Positions 37,542 through 49,001 of a DNA stretch of 64,000 nucleotides are shown here, one piece after another. Position 1 is the first letter of the stretch; the number at the start of each line of letters is the position of its first letter. The position numbers were made by a program, and so were the translations under genes. The notes below the pieces were generated by a model. The model saw only the letters and a program-made list of their open reading frames with translations. It searched no databases and was not told the DNA's origin. Source of the stretch: Tubulanus polymorphus (taxonomy: Eukaryota > Animalia > Nemertea); contig NC_134033.1 of the NCBI RefSeq assembly GCF_964204645.1, positions 7,572,655 to 7,636,654 on the forward strand, read 5' to 3'.

Positions 37542-40177
37542 ATGGTAGATAGTTTTCCAAAAGCTTTCCAATATAATAAATCAATTAAATATAATATTCC
37601 AGCAATAGATTTTAATAAATATATTACATATAGAAATGAAGTTTTAGATTCATTAACTAATTTAGAAATTTATGTTACTGAAACTAATAATTTTAATGCA
37701 AAGATGGAAAATATATTTCATGTATATTTAATTAATTCTAAGAAATTGAAAGATGAAAAACAACGGTTATTAAAATCTAATATGAAGTATTGGCAGAACC
37801 AATTAATTTTGCTGTTTATTGTGCAACAACAGGATGTGGAATTAGTTGGAATGATCATTTGAATAATTCTAAATATAAATTAATTCAAAGTTTATTTAGA
37901 TTTCATACATACTTTCAAATCAGAATATTAAATGAATTAGAGTGCGCTTTACCAGGATCTAGGTATTTTAAAGAATTAGATAATAATATTAATTTATCAA
38001 AGTTTTCTAAAATTTGTAATGAATTTAATATAGATATAAATAATTCTGATTTTAGAACAAAAATTGGAACAATAAGATCACTTCCTTGCCCTAAAAAGAT
38101 TGCAGAATATTGTGCACTTCCCATACCATCTAATAGTTTGTATAATATCTATAGTAATAAATTAGGTTATGGTAAAATAGAAACTAAGGATTTAGAAACA
38201 TTAAATTTCAATAAATTACCGACATTTTATGATAATTTAAAACAAGAAAACAATAATGGTTGGGTTTATTTCATTTTAGAAAATAATGAAGGTTTTACAA
38301 AATCAGGTATACAAAGAATAAATCAATCTATTAGAACTTATTTGATATGTATTTTAGGTGCGCAAGTTGAAACAAGATCCCCAATAATTGGAAATTTAAA
38401 TACATCATTTGATACACAGAAACAATTCAAAGTATTATTTGAAGATTCTATTCATAATGATAAAAATAGATCGATTCCAGAAAACATTGTAAGATATCAA
38501 AATTATTTAGATAAATCTCAACAACATTTGAGTATGAAACAACAATAGACAAAGAAACTTTAAATGTAGAAAAGATTACTAATTTAATTACAGAATCTTT
38601 AAGATTTTATGAATTAGATGAAGATTTTATCATAGATGATATTAAAAAAACAATAATTGAAATATATACAAATGAAACTAGTAATGAAATAAATGTTGAA
38701 TTAATCATAAATAAGTTAACTAAATATTTTGAAGATAGTAATTTTTTTGATTAATAAATGAGTGATAATAAGTGGATAATAACTGGATTATAAGATGTAA
38801 AGAGTAATTATTTCACTATATAAATGAATATAACTGTTGGGCTGAGTATATGTTTTGGGTTTGATTTTAAACATGAGAAAGAAATTAAATTTAACATTAA
38901 TGATGTAATTACACATATCAAAAATATTGCATTTTCTAATGAAACACCATTTGAGTATGAAATAACAATAGATAAAGAAACTTTAAATGTAGAAAAGATT
39001 ACTAATTTAATTAGAGAATCTTTAAGATCTTATGAATTAGATGAAGATTTTTAAAATCGATGATATTAAACAAATAATAATTGAAATATATACAAATGAA
39101 ACTAGTAATGAAATAAATGTTGAAATAATCATCACTAAGATAACTAAATATTTTGATGATAGTAAATTTTTGATAAATAGATGAGTGATAATAAGTGGAT
39201 AATAACTGGATTATATAATGGCGCATTACTATCAGTTGGAACTGTTGGTTATTCAATGGTATTAAAAAATGTATTTAAAATGGGAAGTGTTAATGTTGAT
39301 AGATTTGATATAAATGATATTTTAAAATTAACGTTAGCAGTTACTTTATCTAATTTAACTATTGATTATTTGGAAAAAACAAAAATATATTCCTCCCATA
39401 TAAATGCATAATTGTTTTGCTAAATAAATGGCTTCTGCAATTATAACTCTATTATAGGATCGGCAATTGTTAACGCTTTAGCATTTACTGGTGGCGGTTA
39501 TTTATTTAAGCATATTGATAAAAATAGTTCATTAGGAGAACAAAGAAGACATAACTTAGCATTAGAGAAATACAATAAAGCAAATAATGAAGGTTTTACA
39601 AAATCAGGTATACAAAGAATAAATCAATCTATTAGAACTTATTTGATATGTATTTTAGGTGCGCAAGTTGAAACAAGATCCCCAATAATTGGAAATTTAA
39701 ATACATCATTTGATACACAGAAACAATTCAAAGTATTATTTGAAGATTGGAAAATCATGTAATAAATCTCATGTAAGACTAAATTATTGTATAGGCCCTA
39801 ATCTATTAATCATTTCTAATGATTTAGTACTAAAGATGGGAAACATAATTGGTTACAATAATATAATTAAAACTGCAACAATAAATAATTCATTTGGATT
39901 AAATAATATAAATAAAAAGATTATTACCGCTCCAAAATTAATGGAAGGTGAAAAAAATAAAAAACACATTCAATCAACAGAAACTAAAACTAAAAATATT
40001 AAATTGCATAATGATTCTAAAATAAAAGATTACAATACATCAGAAAATATAAAAACTGATAATATTCAACATGATATAATTAAAACTGATAATGATAATA
40101 AATTCCATGAAAATACTAAATTAGCTTTAACTTGTACAGGAATTGTTATAGGAGGAATATTATATTTTAAATTTTAA
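37542..40177 (+). pseudogene. Polinton hypothetical gene with C-terminal TM, interrupted by duplicated segments at 38521-39760
   Basis: Frameshift ~37795; frame resumes at KSHVRLNYCIG via ATAAATCTCA homology. Confidence 0.65.
38521..39760 (+). repeat. Mosaic internal duplication of 36009-36802 and 38281-38447
   Basis: Degenerate second copies of the 36046, 36403 and 36649 genes. Confidence 0.85.
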
Positions 40178-40193
40178 TTTTTTTATTATATAA

Positions 40194-41652
40194 ATGGATG
40201 TAGAAGGTGGAGAAGATATTGGAATGGATCCTTTAGATGAACCTGGTATAACTGATGAACAACAACCTGATTTTAGTGAAACAAGTTTTAATGACGGTAA
40301 TGAGTCAGGATATAATAATAATTTAAATATGCCTGATTATATTAAAAATGCAGAATCACAATTAAATCCTGAAAATTTAGACCCAGATTTAGTAAAACAA
40401 GATTTAGATTAATTTAAACAAAATACCTAAATAAGAAGATTTAATTGAAAAATCTAAACTTAACATAAATGATGAAGACGTAGGACTTTTAGCAGATCAA
40501 TTAAAATTTCTAGATAATGGTAAATGTTATTATCGTTTGAAAGATGATTATTATGTTGATATCACTTATAAAAATAATAAAAATAAAATATTATCAGAAT
40601 CAACTTTAGAAAAATTAAAACCAGATAGAATTAAAAGAATAAGTAATAGTAATGAAATAACTGATGTTACACAAAAAGAAAGAGATGATAATATAGACGT
40701 ATTTAAACAAAAAATTAATGAATTATTTGAAATAATCAAAAAGAAATCAGAAGCAGAAACAACTTCTGAACAGAATATAACTTCCAAAACTAAAAAACTT
40801 AAATCAAATAAAGTTCCAATTGAAAAACTTTTACCGAATGGATTAATTGATGCAACAGATCAACAGTTAGAAGATTTAAATAACATATTTTCTGATGAAG
40901 CAATTAGAGAAATTAAAAGTATAAGACTTGCATCTGATAAAATTGCGCATGATAAAAGTATAAGAGATTTAAAAATTAGAACTTTAGAAGATGAATTATT
41001 TAAATCAAGAAAAGAATCGGAACAACTAAAATTAGATAGAGATAATAAAGTTATTGAAGAAATCGAATTTAAAAAAAGAAATGCATATTTAGAAAAAGAA
41101 ATTGATGATTTAGAATATAACATAGAATTACAAAAAGAAGAAATTAAATCATTAGTAAAATCATATGATTATAATATTAATAGATTAAAAGTTATTTTTA
41201 AAGATTTATTGATAAAACCAAATTCTGAAATATCATTGAAAGATAGAATAAAGTTATTATTTAAATTAGAAGGAATAACAATTCTTTCAATTCTAACAGC
41301 TGTAACTATATTATTTACAACAATTGGTTTAGCAATATCAAATGCTTTAAAATCTACTCCTACTCCAAATAAACCAGATAAACCCCCAGATAATAATTCT
41401 ATACAAGATAAAGTTAATGATGGTTTAAAGAAATTAGCAAAATATTTATGGGAACTATCTAAAAAATCTGCTGCAGCTTTACCCGGAGTTATTGCATCAA
41501 TTGTTGGTTTTATATTGAAATCTGCAGGAAATATTCTTAACTTTGCTGCTGAACATTATTTTATTTTTAATTACAGTTGTAAGTGCTATTATTTTTGGGC
41601 TAGTGAATATGATATCAAAAGATATCAAGTAAACATAATCAAAAATAAATGA
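40194..41652 (+). pseudogene. Acidic/coiled-coil protein with C-terminal hydrophobic helices
   Basis: ORFs 40194-40412 and 40537-41652; TAAATG start. Confidence 0.65.
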
Positions 41653-41672
41653 TAAATTTTTTTGTTAAATAA

Positions 41673-42920
41673 ATGAGTGGGAGTTATATAAGTCCTTCTA
41701 AGATTTCTAGAATATCTAATGCTATTAAAGCAGAAAGATCACATCATGTAATTACTCATAATCCTTCAAATATTAATCCCGATGAAACTTTATATGTTAG
41801 AATTCCTAGATTAACACAAAATACTTTTTATGTTCCAAATAGTATTTATTTATCAGCTGATATAAAAGTAACCGGTCATGATAATAATTATGTTGTTGAT
41901 AATGTTGGGAGATATTTGATTAAAAAATTAACTATAAAGATTGGTCCAGAAACAGTTTTCTCATTAGATGATTATAATTTATTTGCACATTATAAAGATT
42001 TATGGTTAACTAAAGAAAATAGAAATAATATGATATTTCAAGGCATCCAATCAGAAATCCATAATAAATTAAGATCAGGAGCTAATGACGCAATAGTAAC
42101 TCGTGCCACTGATAATTTGATTAAAAAGATTTATGGAAGCAAATATAAAATTCCATGAGACTTTGAATTGATAAATAATAATGCACCTTTATATAAATAT
42201 GTAATTCAAGAAGATATTATATTTGAGATAACATTTGCTCCTGTAAATGAAATTGTATTATCTAGCGTTGTTAAAGATATGGGTTATAAATTATCAAATA
42301 TATGTTTAGAATATGACACAGTAACTAATGAAAATATTGCTAGCACAATTCAAACTCAATACAATCAAGGATTTTCATTATTATATGATTATATTGATAA
42401 ATTTAAAACTGTAACTATTAATGCAAATGATGAAATAATTAATGAGAATATTAACTTCCCAAGAAGATCTATTAAAGGTATATCAATATTTTTTACCATT
42501 GCAACATATTCTAATGACGCAATAAATGTTGATAATTATTATAATCCTGAAATAACAAAAGTAGAAATAACTATCGAAGGAATAGCAAATAAAATATTTT
42601 GTCAAGGAATGAGAATGATAGATCAGTGGCCAGAAATTAGAAAACATTTTATGAATGAAAAAGTAACATCATTTGAAAATTGTAATATTAATCAAATTGA
42701 TTATTATACCGGTAATAAATATGCATTATGGTTAGATTTTAGAACAACAGAGGATAATTCATTACATGGTTCTGGAAAAAAACTACAAAACACTAAAGAT
42801 GGAATACAATTATTCATGACAAAGAATGAAGGAATCAAAAATTTCAAAATGCACATTTATATTATATCTGACGCACAATTAAATATTGTAAATTCACAAA
42901 TAGATAGTATTCAATATTAG
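41673..42920 (+). pseudogene. Major capsid protein (double jelly-roll), single in-frame stop at 42156
   Basis: ~415 codons in one frame, NPSNINPDETLYVRIP and C-terminal YIISDAQLNI; upstream of integrase and ATPase. Confidence 0.8.
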
Positions 42921-42950
42921 AAATATAAAGTTAAAATTAACGATATATAA

Positions 42951-44083
42951 ATGGGTGGTAAAAAAACTCCTAATACTAAAGAACAATATTTAAGAAATTT
43001 ATATTACAACCCTGAGAGTTCGGTTGCTTATTCTTCTACTAAAAATATATGGCGTCAAGTAAAACAAGATAAATTAGATAAGATAATCCCACAAAATTTA
43101 GTTAAATATAAAGATATAAATGAATTTATGTTAGAACAACCAACATACACAACACATAAAAAAATTGTTAGAAAATATAAAACTCGTAAAACTATGGTAA
43201 GTTATGTAGATCAACAGTGAGTGGCAAGGAGATTTAATTGATATGAAAAATGTTAAGAAAGATAATGATGATTATTGGTGGATACTGAATATAATTGATA
43301 TTTTTAGTCGTTATGTATGGAGCTTCCCACTTTATAGAAAAGATGCTGTACAAACATCAAATGTTTTAAGAAAATTTCTTTCGGATGATAAACTAAAACC
43401 AGAAAAAATACAATTCGATGATGGGAAAGAGTTTGATAATTCACTTGTTCATGAACTCTTAGATAATCATAATATTAAACATTTTTCAACAAAATCGGAT
43501 AAAAAAGCAGCAGTTGTTGAACGATTTAATAGAACATTAAGAACAAGAATGTGGAAATATTTTACAGCAAATAATACTTTTAAATGGATTGATGTTTTAC
43601 CACAATTGATAGAAGGATATAATAATTCTTATCATTCTTCTATTGGAATGAAACCTATTGATGCTAGAAAACCTGAAAATGCTGAAATTGTTTGGAATAA
43701 TTTATATGGAGCATTTCTTGTAGATTATTTTGGTCAACCTAAATTTAAAGTTGGTCAAAATGTTAGAATTTCTAAGTATAAAAAGATATTTGACAAAGGA
43801 TACGATCGAAATTTTACTAGGGAAATATATAAAATAAAAAAAGGTAATAACAACAAAACCATATGTCTATAAATTAGAAGATTTAGATGGTGAAGAAGTT
43901 GATGGCTACTTTTACGAAGAAGAATTAAGTTTAACTACTGAAAATCTAGAACAAGAATATAAAATTGAAAAAGTATTAAAAACAAAAACTATTAAAAGAA
44001 AAAAATATTCTTTAGTAAAATGGGTTGGATGGCCAGATAAATTCAATGAATGGATATTATCAAGTAAAATTAAAAATATATAA
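42951..44083 (+). pseudogene. Retroviral-type (rve) integrase with C-terminal chromodomain
   Basis: WQGDLID, QFDDGKEF, VERFNRT; YKIEKV...VKWVGWP..FNEW; frameshifts ~43220 and ~43840. Confidence 0.93.
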
Positions 44084-44692
44084 ATGAATAAGGAATTATT
44101 TATATTTGAGCCTCATAATATGTTAATTTCTGGCGTAACAAATTGTGGAAAAACTTATTTTATATTAAATTTATTAGAAACTGTTTATAAAAACTATTTT
44201 GATAATATAGTATTATTTTGTCCAACATATGAATTTAATCAAACTTATGATAGAAATATTACTAGAAATAATAAATTTATTATATTAGATCCTAAAACAG
44301 TAAAAGAAAATTTAGATAATTGTATAAAAATAGCAATTGATATTTATAAAGGATCAAATACATTATTCATTATAGATGATTGTGCTAATCTACATGATTC
44401 AAAAGTTAGAGAGAGTGAGTTATGCTATTTAGCTTTTTCTGGCAGACATTTTGGGATAACAACTTGGGTTTTAAATCAAAAATATAATTCAATTGTTAAA
44501 GACTTTAGAGAAAACATTAGATTTCTAGTTTTATTCTTCAATAAAGATAGAAAATCGATGAAAAATGCACTTGAGGAAAATGATATTATTCCACATGATT
44601 TACATAATGAATATATGGATAAGTTGAAAAATATTAAAAGATCAAAATTACTATTTAGATTACAACACCCATTTAAATATGAATTTATTTAA
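44084..44692 (+). CDS. A32/FtsK-like DNA packaging ATPase
   Basis: Walker A GVTNCGKT, Walker B FIIDD, GRH, LNQ. Confidence 0.93.
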   Translation: MNKELFIFEPHNMLISGVTNCGKTYFILNLLETVYKNYFDNIVLFCPTYEFNQTYDRNITRNNKFIILDPKTVKENLDNCIKIAIDIYKGSNTLFIIDDCANLHDSKVRESELCYLAFSGRHFGITTWVLNQKYNSIVKDFRENIRFLVLFFNKDRKSMKNALEENDIIPHDLHNEYMDKLKNIKRSKLLFRLQHPFKYEFI

Positions 44693-44694
44693 AT

Positions 44695-44970
44695 TCAATT
44701 AGCTTGTTAATCTAGTTGAATTCTATTTACATTCTAGTTGAATTCTAGTTATTGGTAGTTGTAACAAAAATCAACTAGATTTAACAATATTTTAACTAGC
44801 TTGTTTATCTAGTTTAATTCTAGTTACATTCTAGTTGAATTCTAGTTGTTAGTAGTTGAAACAAAAATCAACTAGATTTAACGAGAAATAAACAAAAACA
44901 ACAATATTTCAACTAGCTTGTTAATCTAGTTGAATGCTAGTTACATTCTAGTTGAATTCTAGTTGCAACA
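44695..44970. repeat. CTAG-rich intergenic tandem repeat (3 units of ~95-117 bp)
   Basis: CTAGTTGAATTCTAGTT units; diverged copy at 48340-48505. Confidence 0.8.
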
Positions 44971-44996
44971 TCACAACTAATTTTTTTGTTATATAA

Positions 44997-45602
44997 ATGG
45001 TAGGTGAAAAGAAAATAAAATCTAAAAATGGTGATGTTCCAATTGAAAAAACTTTAGATGATTTAGGAATAACAGAAAACAAATTAATTCCAGATAATGG
45101 TGCTTTAAATAATGTTACAACAAATAATAATTATGAATATCATCTTTATTGTAAACATCAATTAGAAATATTAATAGCATCTGGAAAATGCAAAAATTTT
45201 GTCGGTAAAAATTTAACTCATAATGAATTAGATACAATGAAATCAGATGAAATTATTAGATTATTTAAGATTTATGAAGCCGCGAGAACAGCTGTAATTA
45301 ATGACGCGATATCAGAAAATGTAGTAAAAGGTTATAGTAAATTATGTAATTATATACTACCAATTGAAGATGAAAATAGATTATATTCCGATTTAAAAAA
45401 TGATTATTTAGTTATGACTGAATTAAATAAATGGATTGGATATTTATCATTTCAATTAGGTGGATTTATGACATTATTATCAACTGGGGTTATAACATTT
45501 TCAAATAGTGAAAGTAAAAATATTTCTATAATAAATGAGCGAGGTGGAAGAAGTGAAGGAATTAACTGTGAAGAAAAAACCGAGAACTCAGAAACAAATT
45601 GA
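44997..45602 (+). CDS. Polinton hypothetical protein
   Basis: Intact 201 aa, TAAATG start, 5' end conserved in B. Confidence 0.72.
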   Translation: MVGEKKIKSKNGDVPIEKTLDDLGITENKLIPDNGALNNVTTNNNYEYHLYCKHQLEILIASGKCKNFVGKNLTHNELDTMKSDEIIRLFKIYEAARTAVINDAISENVVKGYSKLCNYILPIEDENRLYSDLKNDYLVMTELNKWIGYLSFQLGGFMTLLSTGVITFSNSESKNISIINERGGRSEGINCEEKTENSETN

Positions 45603-45870
45603 ATGGTCTCGGCAATTAGGAATTAAATCACAAGAATATAAAAAAGCTGTAAAAGAAAAAAATAAGTAATAAAAATGTTAATAAAAATGGTGAAAATATT
45701 GTTATTTCTACTCCTTCTAATGATAGAATATTTGATAAATGTTTATATTTTACAGTTGGATTTGTAATTGTATTCATTTTGATTGGGCGTAATTGGTATA
45801 AGAAATCAAATAAAATTTATGATATTAATAATTCTGAAATTCCAAACTTGACAATAAAAAAATGGATTAA
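45535..45870 (+). pseudogene. Small basic protein with TM segment, frameshifted
   Basis: MSEVEE...RTQKQIEWSRQLG then CLYFTVGFVIVFILIG in a shifted frame. Confidence 0.5.
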
Positions 45871-46057
45871 TATTTTAGAAAAAAAGCAAAAAAATAATTT
45901 TTTTTAATTAATTGAATATTAATTGAATATCACCATGTGGGTGCCATACGGCACCATCTCACTACTTTTGTCTATCTATGCGGAGCAATTAAATTGTCCA
46001 GATAAGTCATTTCGGATTCTAGATATTCATTATTTTTATTAATTTATTTTTTTAAAT

Positions 46058-46384
46058 TTAATCAACAATTTCTAAATCATGATGTCCATCTTCATTTTTT
46101 CCATGATAGATTATTTTAAATCCTTCTAAATCTTTTAATTACTCTGTACTCAATGAAACCCATTTATCAGGTAAACATACTTTAAATTCTCGCGATGTAC
46201 TAACATTACAGTAGCTTAAATTAGCTGATACTTTCTTTCCATATTTAGTTTTTATCTTTTCTAATTTCAATATTTTATGTTCAATTTCTTTTGTAACATC
46301 AACTAACTTTTTTATTTCAAATTGTTTTTTTGCTGGTTTTATTCTGTTATTTATTGTTGCTAAGAATGCTTTTCTATCTCCCAT
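46058..46384 (-). pseudogene. Polinton A homolog of the 117-aa putative SSB, premature stop at 46139
   Basis: TKYGKK...LPDKW...YHGKNEDGHHDLEI aligns with NKYGDK...LPDRF...YKGKNEKGHHEIDF. Confidence 0.7.
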
Positions 46385-46693
46385 TTATAAGAAAAACAAA
46401 TTACTTGTGGTGATGAGTGGGGATTACTTCCCCCTGTATATAACAAACACGCCATTAACCGTTCTCACCCAAGCCACACAGCATCTATTTATCTGGGGAC
46501 AGTTGACACGCAATCACTGTACTACAGTAATAGCACACGCGTTAATAACCGTTCTCAGTAGAGACTCACTGTATCGATCTATCCACGCGCAGCTGTTGTT
46601 ACGCGCACTCACTGTATATGTGTACCACAGAGCAATCGTCCGTTCTCACTAGAGCCTAGCTGTGATGAGTGGTGTCTCATACTCAATTGAATT

Positions 46694-46763
46694 ATTACTT
46701 GTGGTGATGAGTGGTGTCTCGTCCTCTCGTCCTCTAATCTGAAAGCCCACTTTTCCAATTACT
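46694..46763 (-). repeat. Right TIR of Polinton A
   Basis: Ends ...TTTTCCAATTACT followed by TSD CACGCA. Confidence 0.93.
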
Positions 46764-47036
46764 CACGCATTTTTATATTTATTGCAATTTAATTGATCCT
46801 ACAAAAACATTCGAAGCAACTAAAGATATAACTTGTAATTCTGGTTTACTAAACATTTTACCATTGAAGAATGTTAAAGAATTTGGAACGCAAATAAATT
46901 ATAATTTAGCCGAGTGTGATTTCAAACCGTGCATTCCTCGTTTTAATAATTTTAGATTAGAAATTAGAAATCACAATGGATACTTTATTGATTTTTCCCT
47001 GTAATTTGTGAATTAGTTATAAGATGTAGAGAGTAA
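46764..47036 (+). pseudogene. Polinton B penton, C-terminal part
   Basis: THFYIYCNLIDP... continues the frame broken at 16219. Confidence 0.85.
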
Positions 47037-47052
47037 TTTTTTCACTATATAA

Positions 47053-47367
47053 ATGAATATAACTGTTGGCCCGAGTATATGTTTTGGGTTTGATTTTAAA
47101 CATGGTAAAGAAATAAGAATTAAACTAAATGATGTAATTACTGATATAAAAAGTAAATCATTTAACAATGCATCAATGATTAATAAAGAAAATTATAATA
47201 TAGAAAAAGTAATTGATTTAATCAAAACGCCTTTAGAATATTATGAATTAAATGATGATGGAATTATTGATGATATTAAAAACATAAGTAGTAATGAAAT
47301 AAATGTTGAAATAATCATCACTAAGATAACTAAATATATTGAAGATGGTAATTTTTTTGATAAATAA
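47053..47367 (+). CDS. Polinton B homolog of 36046-36399
   Basis: MNITVGPSICFGFDFK shared. Confidence 0.7.
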   Translation: MNITVGPSICFGFDFKHGKEIRIKLNDVITDIKSKSFNNASMINKENYNIEKVIDLIKTPLEYYELNDDGIIDDIKNISSNEINVEIIITKITKYIEDGNFFDK

Positions 47368-47588
47368 ATGAGTGATAATAAGTGGATAATAACTGGTTTA
47401 TATAATGGAGCCTTACTATCAGTTGGAACTGTTGGTTATTCAATGGTATTAAAAAAGTATTTAAAATGGGAAGTGTTAATGTTGATAGATTTGATATAAA
47501 TGATATCTTAAAATTAACATTAGCAGTTACTTTATCTAATTTAACTGTTGATTATTTAGAAAAACAAAAATATATTCCTCCCATATAA
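47368..47588 (+). pseudogene. Polinton B homolog of 36403-36624
   Basis: 1-nt deletion in A-run ~47455. Confidence 0.7.
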
Positions 47589-47612
47589 ATGCGTAATTAT
47601 TTTACTAAATAA

Positions 47613-48035
47613 ATGGCTTCTGCAGTTATAACTATTATAGGATCGGCAATTGTTAACGCTTTAGCATTTACTGGTGGTGGTTATTTATTTAAGCATATTG
47701 ATAAAAATGGATCATTAACAGAACAAAAAAGACATAACTTAGCATTAGAGAAATATAATAAAGCAACAGAAGAATATAGAGAAAAGAGACAAAACTATAT
47801 GGATTATATTAACAAGGAATTATATGATCAGAAGATTTCACATAGAGATTTTCAATCAGTTGATGATGCAATGAGTTTATATAACGTGGTAACCAATAAA
47901 GAAAAATTACATCTATACAAACCTAATTTATCAGATTATTATACCCCAAGTAATGAACAGAAGAAATATGAAATAATATGGATTTTAGGCGGAACTGTTA
48001 TTGTTATATTTGTTGCTTATAAGTTTACTAATTAG
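47613..48035 (+). CDS. Polinton B homolog of 36649-37071
   Basis: Intact 140 aa. Confidence 0.78.
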   Translation: MASAVITIIGSAIVNALAFTGGGYLFKHIDKNGSLTEQKRHNLALEKYNKATEEYREKRQNYMDYINKELYDQKISHRDFQSVDDAMSLYNVVTNKEKLHLYKPNLSDYYTPSNEQKKYEIIWILGGTVIVIFVAYKFTN

Positions 48036-48054
48036 TAATTTTTTTGCTAAATAA

Positions 48055-48220
48055 ATGGATGATAATATTGATATTATTCCTCATGATATAAATAAAACTA
48101 AATTAAAGATATTTCTAGAAAAACAAATATTAGAATTTGAAAATGACTTAAAAATTAAAAAGAAAAAATATTTAAAAAGTAAAATTACATATTATTTGAT
48201 TATAAGTGGTTCGGTTATCA
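48055..48220 (+). pseudogene. Truncated Polinton B two-TM gene at inversion breakpoint
   Basis: Matches the 5' part of 37091. Confidence 0.7.
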
Positions 48221-48502
48221 TCTAGTGTTAATTTTGTTTCTGTTATACCTAAATCATCCAAAGTTTTTTCAATTGTAACATCACTATTTTTAGATTTTAT
48301 TTTCTTTTCACCTCCCATTCATATAACAAAAAAATTGTGTTGTTGCAACTAGAATTTAACTAGAAGGTAACTAAAAATATAGTAGGTTTACAAGCTAGTT
48401 GAAATATTGTTGTTTTTATTAATTTTTTTGTTTCAACTACCAATACCTAAAATTTAACTAGAATGTAACTAAAAATATACAAGATTAACAAGCTAGTTGA
48501 AT

Positions 48503-49001
48503 CTAAATAAATTCATATTTAAATGGGTGTTGTAATCGAAATAGTAATTTTATTATTTTTCAATTTATCCATATATTCATAATGTAAAGCATGTGGAAGT
48601 ATATCATTATCAAGTGCATTTTTCATTGATTTTCCAGAGAAAGCTAAATAGCATAACTCACTTTCTCTAACTTTTGAATCATGTAGATTAGCACAATCAT
48701 CTATGATAAATAATGTATTTGATCCTTTATAAATATCAGTTGCTATTTTAATACAATTATCCAAATTTTCTTTAACTCTTTTAGGATCTAATACAATAAA
48801 TTTATTATTGCTAGTAATATATCATAAGTTTGATTAAATTCATACGTTGGACAAAATGATACTATATTATCAAAATAGTTTTTATAAACATTTAGTAATA
48901 AATTTAATATAAAATAAGCTTTCCACAATTTGTTACACCAGAAATTAACATATTAGAACATTATTGAACATAGGTTCAATTATAAATAATTCCTTATTCA
49001 T
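48503..49001 (-). pseudogene. Polinton B packaging ATPase, internally deleted
   Basis: FIIDDCANLHD; GRH region missing; frameshifts. Confidence 0.88.

Larger units (their letters stand above)
16220..46763 (+). mobile_element. Polinton/Maverick A, complete termini, decayed
   Basis: AGT...ACT ends, 70-bp TIRs with 4 mismatches, TSD CACGCA (16214-16219, 46764-46769); pPolB, integrase, packaging ATPase, MCP, penton. Confidence 0.95.

Noticed and set aside
45940-45956. GGTGCC-ATAC-GGCACC hairpin as a terminator between convergent genes
   Set aside because: A single short hairpin not seen at other gene ends.
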